A stretch of 64,000 nt of DNA from positions 1 to 64,000 of the IMG/VR virus record IMGVR_UViG_3300020392_000009; one strand, 5' to 3'. The stretch's first letter is position 1. The number at the start of each line of letters is the position of its first letter. A program made the translations under genes and the position numbers. This DNA comes from a virus. Positions 8,818-18,706 of the stretch are shown here, in pieces. The notes below the pieces were generated by a model. It did no database searches, was not told the origin of the DNA, and saw nothing but the letters and a program-made list of their open reading frames with translations.

Positions 8818-10229
8818 ACTCCTAATGCAATCCAATCATTACCGCCAATAGCAATACAAGTTACACCATTAAAGGTAGCAACCGTAGCATCCGAACCTGC
8901 GCCATTAATATTATTACCATTTCTTCCAACAGTAATATTACCACCTGTTGTATTTAAAATAGTATAATGCTCTCCTTCTGTTGAAGTAGCAGGTAAAGTT
9001 ATATTTGCCGAACAAAGTAAATATCTCCCTGCGTGGGAGGCTTCTGTTAAAGTAGTGGCGGTGCTTATAGAAACAGTAAGCAATCTAGTGCTTCTAAATG
9101 TTCCTCCATCTTCTACATCTAATGTAGCATCGGGACTAGAATTACCAATTCCTATTTTATTTCCACCAGAATCTACAAAGAACATATGAGTTCTATTATC
9201 GCTTTCTATTCTTGTATCAATAAAATTAGCCCCTATCTCGTTTATTACAATGCCATCTATTCTGCTTATTTTCATCATTTCTATTTCAACACTGTTAGAA
9301 AGAGATTGGAAAATTAAATCAGCATCAGCACTTGCTGATTGTATATCTCTAATTACGGAAGTAATTCTATTGTAATCTTTATCTCCCGCAGCGTTATCTT
9401 TTCCTCTAAATCTAATCGAGCCTATTTCATCACTTACCGCAGGGCTGGCAGAGTTTCTATACAATACTAAATCGGGCGCATCAGTAGCCCCCGCATCAGT
9501 TGATTCTATTATAATAGAATCTCCCGAACCACTTGTTTCAACATGAAGAGGCGCATCGGGACTATTAGTTCCTATACCTACTCTTTTATCTGCTCCATCA
9601 ATTCTTATTATTTCTTGTCCTGCACCTCCACCATCACTATCATTTACTTTGAAAATAATATCTTTATCGGATTCCTTCGCTTCTATTTCTATATCTCCTG
9701 CATTAGATTGTATTGTTAATCCTTCTGTATAAGTTGTTCCATTCTTTCTAGCAATACTCAAACTGTTAGATTTTTTATTTGTAGTTAAATATTGAACCTG
9801 TGCGGCACTACTTCCTCCATTTTGAGAAGAAATCACTGCAATTATTGTATCTCCCGATGTCACATCTGCTACCTTATCAGCAGTAATGGTAGCCCCTGCT
9901 TGTTGATTTCTAAGTGCTAAAGCGCCACTATCAGTAATAACCAATAAGTGATATAAATTAACACCGCTAGAAGTAGTTAAAGTAAAACTATTACTTCCTC
10001 CTAAAGTTATAGCCTTTCTTTGTCCTTCAAACATAATTACCCCATCAGCAACCGTTCCCGCAGTATTGCTACCCATAGTAATATCAAATCCACTAATAAC
10101 ATAATTTCCTTGTATTCCTTGAGATAAAGATTTTATTAAACCTGTATGTGGAAAATCAGCACCATCTACGATTTGATTCAAAGTATTTCCTGTTCCTTGT
10201 TGGCTAAACGCATTAGGATTTGTTACCAT
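8814..10229 (-). CDS. tail fibre protein
   Basis: VGIGTNSPDAPLHV and IGIGNSSPDATLDV fibre repeats; C-terminal ITLPA..EG..YTILN..GGNITV module. Confidence 0.75.
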   Translation of the reverse strand: MVTNPNAFSQQGTGNTLNQIVDGADFPHTGLIKSLSQGIQGNYVISGFDITMGSNTAGTVADGVIMFEGQRKAITLGGSNSFTLTTSSGVNLYHLLVITDSGALALRNQQAGATITADKVADVTSGDTIIAVISSQNGGSSAAQVQYLTTNKKSNSLSIARKNGTTYTEGLTIQSNAGDIEIEAKESDKDIIFKVNDSDGGGAGQEIIRIDGADKRVGIGTNSPDAPLHVETSGSGDSIIIESTDAGATDAPDLVLYRNSASPAVSDEIGSIRFRGKDNAAGDKDYNRITSVIRDIQSASADADLIFQSLSNSVEIEMMKISRIDGIVINEIGANFIDTRIESDNRTHMFFVDSGGNKIGIGNSSPDATLDVEDGGTFRSTRLLTVSISTATTLTEASHAGRYLLCSANITLPATSTEGEHYTILNTTGGNITVGRNGNNINGAGSDATVATFNGVTCIAIGGNDWIALGV

Positions 10230-10230
10230 T

Positions 10231-10578
10231 CTACTCTACCTCCATAATAATAAAAATTTCTAATGTAGCATTATTAGCAATCGGGCCAACAGCATCAAAG
10301 TTAATTCTTTGAATCATGTTTTGATTTCCCGAAGCATGATTAAATAAACCAACTTCTCTTATTATATTGCCGTTCAAAGAAGTTCCAGCAATAGAAATTT
10401 TAGCCTCTATTACATTACTAGTAGAACCACTTGTAGTAGGCGTAATATTAAATCCTAGAGGAACATCCAATGTGTCGCTTATTGGGTTAGTGGAATTTCC
10501 TCCCTGCCCAACATCGGCTTTTAGCATTAAAGTTCTAATATGTGCGGCTACTTCTTCCTGTAATTTTTCTGTTATCAT
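10231..10578 (-). CDS. baseplate/tail-fibre attachment protein
   Basis: NGNIIREVGLF motif typical of fibre-attachment/collar proteins; position. Confidence 0.55.
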   Translation of the reverse strand: MITEKLQEEVAAHIRTLMLKADVGQGGNSTNPISDTLDVPLGFNITPTTSGSTSNVIEAKISIAGTSLNGNIIREVGLFNHASGNQNMIQRINFDAVGPIANNATLEIFIIMEVE

Positions 10579-13500
10579 AACAAATCTTCCTCTAATAAAT
10601 TAGTGAGCGTGATAGTTCCACCTGCAAATCCAAATGTGTTGGCGTTTGTATTTAGTGTTGCCGCAAAGCCTAATTGGAAAGCCCCCGATGCTGTCCTAGT
10701 CCTAATTAGTAGAGAAATTTCCTTCAACTTAACTTTTTCTAAGAAGTCTATTGAGGAACTTTTCTCGTTATGAGTTAAAGTCCTTAGAGCATTAGAATTA
10801 GACTGTGACTGTAATAGTAATTCTGCTAATACATCTTCTAACTTTTTAGAATATTTACCCATCTCTATAGTTACAAATCCATTAATGGGATGAGTTACAT
10901 CTAAAACAATATAGTTATCTAGATTTACATTTTCTTGTCTAGATTCAAACTGTATTATATCTCCTGCTCTTAGTTGTTCATGACCAGTTGGTATAACTCT
11001 GACTTTTACTTTTTTATCAAGATTTTCGTGTATTCTTAGTAACTGGCTTGCTCTATCGTCTACATCTTGTTGTGTAATTAAAGTAGAATCAACTTCCTCA
11101 AGTGTCTTTCTACCAATTTTTTGAATACTAGATAGGTTTTTTCTATCTGCTTTATGAGAAGCACCATAGACGATAACTTGATTATAGAAATCAAAACCAC
11201 TATCAATAGTTTCATAGTCCACCATTTTATCATCATTTACTAAGATATTAGTTCTAAAGATAGTATCATCTCTAGGTTTAACACTAAATGAATTTTCATT
11301 AATTATTAAGGACAAGTCTTTTCTTTCTAATATATAATTGATTGCAGAAAACAAAGAAGTCCCTCTAAATTTAGGAGCGATAAACAACGGAAATGTTGGA
11401 GAAGTGTTATCAAAAGTCAAGCCTTCTTCTTCAAAAAGTTCATTTATTAGAGCCTCAGATTCATCTGCTATTGTTACAGTAGAACCAATACAAGCCCTAG
11501 TTGGCTCTATTTTTAGTTCTTCTAATGAATTAACTATGAATGTTTCTGAAAAAGAGGCTATCCCGTTAATAGTTTTCTTTTTATCAAGAACTATTGCATG
11601 TTTTCCATCTACTGTTACTAGAGACGATAGGGCTGTTTTAACAGAATTTTCTCCGTCGCTTATGTTCATTTCATAATTACCTACCGGCAACAATGTAGTA
11701 GTTGTTGCTTTAGTAGTAATAATGTTTCCTCCCCCGCTATTATTATCTAAATCAACAGCAACAAACATAGATAAAACTGCTTCACTGGAAGATAATGCGC
11801 CATCCCCTTCATGGTAGAAGTAGTTATTTTTTATTTTCCCATATACTTTATCTTCGTTTGCTATCTTTGTATATTCAGGTCTTAGTGTATTTAGATGTAT
11901 TTCATCGGGATGAAAATCATATAAACAAATAGAGTTAGGTTGCATCACTCTATAAGCCATATTATTTGTTAAAGTAGCACTTGTTATTATTTTCACATTA
12001 CTATAAATAGAATTGGCTTCATGAGAATAAATATAAATTGGGTCTGCTGTTCTTCCTAAGCCTAAGTTAGCATCTCCTATGGTAGTTGGAGAAAGAGTGC
12101 CACTGTCCTTTTCTGCTACTAAATAGCACCCAGTTAAATCTACTAATTCTAGCCAACTATTTAGACTTAAAACTCCAATTCCATCTAAACTAATAGTATA
12201 CTCATATAGAGTTCCATTAGAAGAACTTATATCCGTTTTACTCCAAGATGAAGAAAAAAGCCTTAGTTTAAAACCTATAAATGCTCCATCAGCAGGACTG
12301 GCTCTATCACTATCACTACTATAATCGTGTAAAGTGGTTGCTTCTCCTTTAACATAGGTTAAGAATTTTTTATAATGATTTACCGAAGTTAAGGATATTA
12401 TTTCTCTATCAGACAATGAACCTGTTGGGCTTAGATTTAATCCGCCTCTAAAAGTTCCACTACTACCCAAGATATCAGTATTATTTCCTGTTGATAATAG
12501 GTTTGAGCCTCCTTCTATTGGGTATGTGTCTAATATCACACCTATTGTTCCTCCGTGTGGATTCTGTCTAGCAGTTCCAACTACGGCTAATTTTTCTATT
12601 ACATGACTAGTTGCTCCATCCTGAGAACCATAACTAGCGTCCGTTAGCAATCGGTGTGCATTTGAAGAACCAAAAACGCTAGGTAAAATTACTTCACTAT
12701 TATTTAATAGGCTCAAAGCCGTCCCACCATTATCTACTCTAGCAGTATCGGAGGAGTCTTCGCCATAGTCATAATTACTACTTTTTGGCACTATTGCCCC
12801 CTTTAGTGGATGGTAATCTGTTGAAGCAGTCTCTCCGAATAAACTATCTCTATTCTTTCTACCGCCTATTGTAGTAACATAAATGTCAGTTATTCTAAAT
12901 GCGTTTCTATTGGTGGTGCTATCCATATCCGGTGTATTAGTAGTTCCAACTGTAGTATGAAACTGTAAATTGCCACCTCCAGATATTATACCTATATATT
13001 TATTGTCAAGTGTGAATATCTCATCTCCGGCAATCAAGTTCACACTAGAAGTAAATTTGATTACATTTGCCGGATTACCCAAACTATCTACACCAATACT
13101 ATCAATTACTAAAGAAACCCCCGATTCATCAGTTGTGGTTCTTCTAAAGACACTGCCACCAAATTCACTGGGACTATCAAAGTATATTTCATTAACATCT
13201 TTTTCGGGATTGATTAAGTTAAAGTATTCATCAAAAACACATTCCGTTAATCTCATCAATCCAAATCTTTTCAATTGAGTGATATCATCATCAGTAGTAA
13301 AAGATAAACTTTGAAAATTATCGTCTTTTAATATTAAATTATTATTTACATCAGTTACTCTTTTATCTTCTAACAATAGTAATTTATATTCGCTTAATGT
13401 CTTTGTCGCACTACCACTATTTACATGAAAGATGCTATCTGTTCTAAGAGAGGAATATGGAAGAAGGTCGGAAGTAACATAGAAAAATAATCTCGGAAAT

Positions 13501-16500
13501 GAATCGTCTACACTTTGAAATAGATGGTGTTGTGCGGCCATGATTGACGATATTCTCTGGTTTGCCCTATCCGACGAATTTATATTGTCCCTAAACATTC
13601 TTCTCTGTGAAGTCATTTTAGAACCATATATTCCATGATGCCCTCTTTTATCATAAGGAATTTCTTCACTTGAGCCTCTTTGTGAGAATTCAGTTATGGG
13701 AATAGTGCTATCTGCTCTAGGTTTAAATTTATAAGCAGTTTTATTAAAACTAGATACAGTTTTTCTCCCACTATACTTTCCTGCAAAGGAGAAATCAAGG
13801 CTAAGAAATGTATCTTCAAAAGTAGTCGGTTCTGTTCCTAATCTAAAAGAATCTGAATTTATTATTTTATAATAAGGATTACCAAACTCCGAAGTAAAAT
13901 CAGCAGTAGCACTTCTATGGGCATTGAAAGGAACAAGCCCAGTAGCAGTGTGCTTATGATGAGGTATTGAGATTATTTTTCCTCCCCATAAGTGGTTGTT
14001 ATTTATTAAATTAATATGATTTCTACTTCTTTGGCTAATAAATATTTCATCATTTATATCAAAGTCTACTACATTATTACCGGAGGTGGCTGTTCTATCT
14101 AATAATATAAGGTGAGTAGTAGTATTACTAGCAGGGTTGCCTGAACTGATATGGTCTTGCTTTTGTTCTATTGTTAGAATATCTAATACATATCCTATGA
14201 AACCAAAGGTCTCCGTAGAACCGCCTGCAAAATTATTTGCGAACAACGGTTCACCTATCTTCACTTTACTAAATCCCAATGCTGTGTTTGTAGTAGTTAT
14301 GAAGGGGTCTTTTGCTGTAGAATTACTTGTAACTGTAAAAGCCAAAATCATATCTTGATGTATTCTATTGGCATCTATACCTTGAAAATCAACAGCCCTA
14401 CCCAGTGTAATTGGAACATAAGGTGCTAATTCTATTTGAGTAATATTATCTTTTTTAGAAGTAGAAACGATTTCAAAGTCTATTAAAGTATTAACAGTAT
14501 CGAAGGTAGATTTAGTTCCTGCACCAATTTCATCCTTTAATACACATTCAAACGCACTATCCGCCTTAATATTTTTAGGTGAGTTTATCTCATAACCGAC
14601 TGCTTTTTCGTGAGAATTAGAACTTGTATTAGGTAATGCAGAAACCTCAGCCCCAGTAGAATCTATTGTGTTACCCGCAGTAAAAATTAGCCCTTTCCCT
14701 GCTGAACCCGTTAAAGAAGTAGGAGAAGAACTAGCAAAATTTGATGAGCCTAGCGATTTATTAAACATATAGTTCTTTTCATTTTCTTTGAATATATCAT
14801 CTCCTACAAATACCGAGGAAAGTAGGCCTGTAGAAATATTAATCCTTTGTAATGAACTACTGCCTCCTCCCGAATAATTAGTTATTGAAGTAACTGTTCC
14901 TAAAAAACCCCTCTCAGTAAATATTTTTTCTCCTGCAACCAAAGTAGTATTGAAACCTGCTGATATTATACCTGTATCAATGCTAGTTGTTCCAACTGCA
15001 CTTGCCGCAGGAACACTACTGCCACTATTTCCTGTAATGACTTTTGTTAAAGTATTAGTAGGGCTATTAGTAGAATAAATAATATCCTCACTAAATGTAG
15101 TGTCTTTGTTAATAATAGGGGATAGCAACTTATTTAGTTTGTTTCTTCCTTTTATATCTAAGAAGGTCTGAGATTCTTCTTTAACAGTATTTATTTGTTC
15201 TACTTCTCCCTCAAACTTAAGTGAATATACTATATATTCTCCTCTAATAAATTCTAAAGGATTAGCGTAGTAACTGTCCCCTGCATAAGAAATAGTTATC
15301 ATAGATTTATTCTTATCTACTGTTGAAACCGTAGCCAGCAATCTATTCTCATTTGTCGAATTAAATAATATTTCTAAATTATCTGTTCTATTAATTAAAT
15401 TCATGGTGGTTATAATTGTATTATCTGTTGGATTATATGCTCTCCTTGAAAGAACATCTCCATCAGTAGGAGTAAAACTTAATGAAGAAAATAAATTTCC
15501 TGTTTCTGTTCTCTTTTCTGCCCTAACTGTTAAAGTTTGTAGAGTTGCCGGATTAGTAAAAGAACCTATGCTAGACACTAACATTATCTTATCTTGTATT
15601 TTTACTTCATCTCCTACATTAAGAACTGTTCCTAAATCATATTCTGTTCTAATGTTAAAAGTATTTGCTGATGCTTCGGAAACAAAAGAGGCGTTTAGGT
15701 TTACAAAGGCATCTAAATTAGCCCTATGTAATAGATTTCTAACCTTGTATGGGTCAAAGACATTTATCTTTTTATTCATTATTCTTCCATTATCTACTAT
15801 TCTACTTTCTGAAAAACTTCCTTGATTTATTGAATCTCTAGTTTCATTATCTATAACAGCCGTTATAAGATTACATTTTTCCGGAGAGTGACTATAATGT
15901 AAATATCTAGTTTGTCCTAAAGTATCTCTTGTAGTAATAGAATTATCACTACTTCTTCTAGCGTTTATGTAGGCATCTTTATACACATTATAGTCAATAG
16001 TAACTGTGCCGCCTTCATTAGAAGTATTGCTACCACCACTACTTTCATCTAAATCTCTAAGTTTATCTGTCATTTTAACAACTAAAGAATATTTACTGTA
16101 ATCTACTATTCTTTTGCCAAAGTCCGAAACTGTTCTAAAAGTTATGCCATCCGAAGCATGTTGAGCAATAGTTACTGTGGTGGAACTCCCCATCTTACCT
16201 AAAGCATAATATTTGGTATTGTGGTCTAATTGATTCTTTTTATCTAACCTATCATTAAAGAAATAAAATAACGGTCTAGCGCAGACTAATCCGTTTTTTA
16301 AATCGGCACTAGCGGCATCTTGTTTTAACCCAACCGATAAAGCAACAATTTTATTGTTAGTATCATTTATTCCTGTAATGATTCTATATTTTGTTCCCTT
16401 TGGTATTTCATTTCCTAATTTTGGTTCAAATTCAAAAGCATCGCAGGTGCTAGTTCCATTACCGTCATCTTCTACAATTAGGTTAGTTATTTTAGCAAAG

Positions 16501-16796
16501 TGGTGTTTCTTATCATCATCGGAATGAATTAATACAAAATAATCTACTGTATCAAAATTATTAAATGTTAAAGTCAATCCACTTTTTATTCTAAAGCCCT
16601 TTGTTGTAGCCCCGCTAAGTAGTTCCGAACCTATTGTCATACTAGTGCTAAGACTATCATCAGCCATAACAATAACAGAAATAAAATGCCCATCTGTTAC
16701 ACTACTTGTATTTTTAAATTTAGTATTAGTAGGAGTATCTTCAGATTTTCCTGCACTTACTTGGTTAGGGGCTGAAGGTTCTATATTGAATGGCAC
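10575..16796 (-). CDS. very large tail tip/baseplate hub protein (2073 aa)
   Basis: FEGEVEQI..LDIKGRN and FYNQVIVYG...LRAGDIIQF hub-like segments around a long beta-rich insert; downstream of tape measure. Confidence 0.65.
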   Translation of the reverse strand: MPFNIEPSAPNQVSAGKSEDTPTNTKFKNTSSVTDGHFISVIVMADDSLSTSMTIGSELLSGATTKGFRIKSGLTLTFNNFDTVDYFVLIHSDDDKKHHFAKITNLIVEDDGNGTSTCDAFEFEPKLGNEIPKGTKYRIITGINDTNNKIVALSVGLKQDAASADLKNGLVCARPLFYFFNDRLDKKNQLDHNTKYYALGKMGSSTTVTIAQHASDGITFRTVSDFGKRIVDYSKYSLVVKMTDKLRDLDESSGGSNTSNEGGTVTIDYNVYKDAYINARRSSDNSITTRDTLGQTRYLHYSHSPEKCNLITAVIDNETRDSINQGSFSESRIVDNGRIMNKKINVFDPYKVRNLLHRANLDAFVNLNASFVSEASANTFNIRTEYDLGTVLNVGDEVKIQDKIMLVSSIGSFTNPATLQTLTVRAEKRTETGNLFSSLSFTPTDGDVLSRRAYNPTDNTIITTMNLINRTDNLEILFNSTNENRLLATVSTVDKNKSMITISYAGDSYYANPLEFIRGEYIVYSLKFEGEVEQINTVKEESQTFLDIKGRNKLNKLLSPIINKDTTFSEDIIYSTNSPTNTLTKVITGNSGSSVPAASAVGTTSIDTGIISAGFNTTLVAGEKIFTERGFLGTVTSITNYSGGGSSSLQRINISTGLLSSVFVGDDIFKENEKNYMFNKSLGSSNFASSSPTSLTGSAGKGLIFTAGNTIDSTGAEVSALPNTSSNSHEKAVGYEINSPKNIKADSAFECVLKDEIGAGTKSTFDTVNTLIDFEIVSTSKKDNITQIELAPYVPITLGRAVDFQGIDANRIHQDMILAFTVTSNSTAKDPFITTTNTALGFSKVKIGEPLFANNFAGGSTETFGFIGYVLDILTIEQKQDHISSGNPASNTTTHLILLDRTATSGNNVVDFDINDEIFISQRSRNHINLINNNHLWGGKIISIPHHKHTATGLVPFNAHRSATADFTSEFGNPYYKIINSDSFRLGTEPTTFEDTFLSLDFSFAGKYSGRKTVSSFNKTAYKFKPRADSTIPITEFSQRGSSEEIPYDKRGHHGIYGSKMTSQRRMFRDNINSSDRANQRISSIMAAQHHLFQSVDDSFPRLFFYVTSDLLPYSSLRTDSIFHVNSGSATKTLSEYKLLLLEDKRVTDVNNNLILKDDNFQSLSFTTDDDITQLKRFGLMRLTECVFDEYFNLINPEKDVNEIYFDSPSEFGGSVFRRTTTDESGVSLVIDSIGVDSLGNPANVIKFTSSVNLIAGDEIFTLDNKYIGIISGGGNLQFHTTVGTTNTPDMDSTTNRNAFRITDIYVTTIGGRKNRDSLFGETASTDYHPLKGAIVPKSSNYDYGEDSSDTARVDNGGTALSLLNNSEVILPSVFGSSNAHRLLTDASYGSQDGATSHVIEKLAVVGTARQNPHGGTIGVILDTYPIEGGSNLLSTGNNTDILGSSGTFRGGLNLSPTGSLSDREIISLTSVNHYKKFLTYVKGEATTLHDYSSDSDRASPADGAFIGFKLRLFSSSWSKTDISSSNGTLYEYTISLDGIGVLSLNSWLELVDLTGCYLVAEKDSGTLSPTTIGDANLGLGRTADPIYIYSHEANSIYSNVKIITSATLTNNMAYRVMQPNSICLYDFHPDEIHLNTLRPEYTKIANEDKVYGKIKNNYFYHEGDGALSSSEAVLSMFVAVDLDNNSGGGNIITTKATTTTLLPVGNYEMNISDGENSVKTALSSLVTVDGKHAIVLDKKKTINGIASFSETFIVNSLEELKIEPTRACIGSTVTIADESEALINELFEEEGLTFDNTSPTFPLFIAPKFRGTSLFSAINYILERKDLSLIINENSFSVKPRDDTIFRTNILVNDDKMVDYETIDSGFDFYNQVIVYGASHKADRKNLSSIQKIGRKTLEEVDSTLITQQDVDDRASQLLRIHENLDKKVKVRVIPTGHEQLRAGDIIQFESRQENVNLDNYIVLDVTHPINGFVTIEMGKYSKKLEDVLAELLLQSQSNSNALRTLTHNEKSSSIDFLEKVKLKEISLLIRTRTASGAFQLGFAATLNTNANTFGFAGGTITLTNLLEEDLL

Positions 16797-18034
16797 TATT
16801 CATCAACCTCCTCAAATCTAAGATACACTAAAGCGTCACTATAAGTTGGAGTAAGATTAGTTAAAGTAGAAAACACATCTTTTCTTTTATTTACTATCGA
16901 CAACTCATGAAACTCTCCCATAAATTGTTTATTTGTGCTTGCTGAACCTGCTCCTGTATTTCCTTGACCATTAGCCCCTAAGAATAAATCCTCTCTAGCA
17001 AATATAAAATCTCCACTATCTTGATGAGTTTCTTTCAGTATTCTAGAACCGTTTAAGTAAATAGAAACTTCTCTACTAGTATTATCAAATGAACAGGCTA
17101 TATGAAATGAGTTATTTACATAAGCAGGGTCAGCCCTTCCTCGAACAAAGACTTCGCAACCCGCATTTATTATCGCTTCGTTCTCCGAAGAAATACTATT
17201 GTTAGGAAAGTTCAACCTAGTAGTGCCTTTAGCAACAACAAATCCTATGTTTATGTATTGTGAATTTTGCCTTATGAATATATCTGTCTTGCCGTCACTA
17301 GCAAGAGAAACTTCTGTATTATCTAATGAAGAAAAGTTTACCTGTTCTGTTCCACCAAAACCTAAAGCGGGGTCATTTATTCCACTAGCCGCAATAGAAG
17401 TAGCATCACCAATTTTAATAAATTCAGTTCTTCCATTTACTAACCCAGTTAAATCGTCATCACTAGAATATTTAACAAAAGAAGAACGATTTGGTTCTAT
17501 AACAACAGGGCTAGTAAATGTCCTAACTGCATTACTTCCTATTTTTATCTTAGCCATAATTTTGTATCTAGCAGGATTGTTTCTAGTTCTACCTGTCATG
17601 GTGTTAGGGTGTGTTCCGGTAACTTCTGAATTTAACGCTTCGTTTACTAGAAACAAAGAAAAATTAGTGCTGTGAAAAATAGCCATTTCATGTGTATCTC
17701 TTTCAGTTTTATCTAAATATGTTTCTCCTTGTAGAACCGCATCATTAGTTTCTGTAACTAAATGGGCTGGAAATATTTTCTTTGAGGTTAATCTATTAGG
17801 AACAGCCGCTTGACCACTAACACTAGTTCCTGCCCCCATTATATCATATGGTGTGACTACTGCTTCTATTGTAAACGAACCAATATGCGCCCATATGCCA
17901 TAAGTAATATCATCTGTAGTATCACTAGAAGTTCCAGCATCGGGTATATTCTCGGCATAGTCAATAGTAGCAAAACCATTACACATTACGGGAAATACTA
18001 GACTTCTTTGTTTTCCTACAAATATATTATACAT
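16796..18034 (-). CDS. tail protein with LamG/concanavalin A-like domain
   Basis: SFTIEA...FHIACSFD...SIYLNG...LFLGA...FMGEFHELSI. Confidence 0.7.
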   Translation of the reverse strand: MYNIFVGKQRSLVFPVMCNGFATIDYAENIPDAGTSSDTTDDITYGIWAHIGSFTIEAVVTPYDIMGAGTSVSGQAAVPNRLTSKKIFPAHLVTETNDAVLQGETYLDKTERDTHEMAIFHSTNFSLFLVNEALNSEVTGTHPNTMTGRTRNNPARYKIMAKIKIGSNAVRTFTSPVVIEPNRSSFVKYSSDDDLTGLVNGRTEFIKIGDATSIAASGINDPALGFGGTEQVNFSSLDNTEVSLASDGKTDIFIRQNSQYINIGFVVAKGTTRLNFPNNSISSENEAIINAGCEVFVRGRADPAYVNNSFHIACSFDNTSREVSIYLNGSRILKETHQDSGDFIFAREDLFLGANGQGNTGAGSASTNKQFMGEFHELSIVNKRKDVFSTLTNLTPTYSDALVYLRFEEVDE

Positions 18035-18043
18035 TTATTCACC

Positions 18044-18697
18044 TCAAGGCAATACATCTGCTATGGTAAATTCCATGTTAAATTCAATTTCTACTGTTTC
18101 AGCCGCAAGGGTAAAACCAAAACTAGAAACAAACCCCTTCAATCCTGTGCTTGTTACTGAACTAGGAAAGGTATTATTAGCCAAAAAAGCACCATCGTTG
18201 TCTAATTTTTCTTGTGCTGTGCTTCCTCCCCCATCTCCCCTAGCCTTGAAAGTGAAGGGTATTTGAACCGTATCTGTTCTTTGATTATAGTTCTTATCGA
18301 CCTTAGAATCCATTAAGATAGTTATCTCTTGAAAGGCTTGATACTCATTTATTCCTGTGGCATCTACACCCGAAGCGATTAACTGTGCTATTTCTTGGGC
18401 AGTGAAATTTAAACTTTTTATGGCAGAATCTTCGTTATTAGGGTCTACTCTAGTGTGGCTTCTTTTAAGAACAGAATCTACTATATAACCAGTCAATTGT
18501 AATCTTCTTTCTGCTTTACCAGTATCAAGAGCAACTGTTCTAGCCTGACCAAAACCGATTCCCGCAAAAGGAATGGTAAAGTTAGGTATATTTTTATCTA
18601 CACTAAAAGCGGCAGAGGTAACTTTTAGAGGAATAGTGTCTACTGTTAAATCACTACCACTAAATTTCCGTAATTTCAAATATACATAATCTGTCAT
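18044..18697 (-). CDS. putative distal tail (Dit-like) protein
   Basis: Immediately after tape measure; tube-like beta pattern (LQLTG; KGFVSSFGFT..IEFNMEF). Confidence 0.5.
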   Translation of the reverse strand: MTDYVYLKLRKFSGSDLTVDTIPLKVTSAAFSVDKNIPNFTIPFAGIGFGQARTVALDTGKAERRLQLTGYIVDSVLKRSHTRVDPNNEDSAIKSLNFTAQEIAQLIASGVDATGINEYQAFQEITILMDSKVDKNYNQRTDTVQIPFTFKARGDGGGSTAQEKLDNDGAFLANNTFPSSVTSTGLKGFVSSFGFTLAAETVEIEFNMEFTIADVLP

Positions 18698-18706
18698 CTA
18701 CTCACC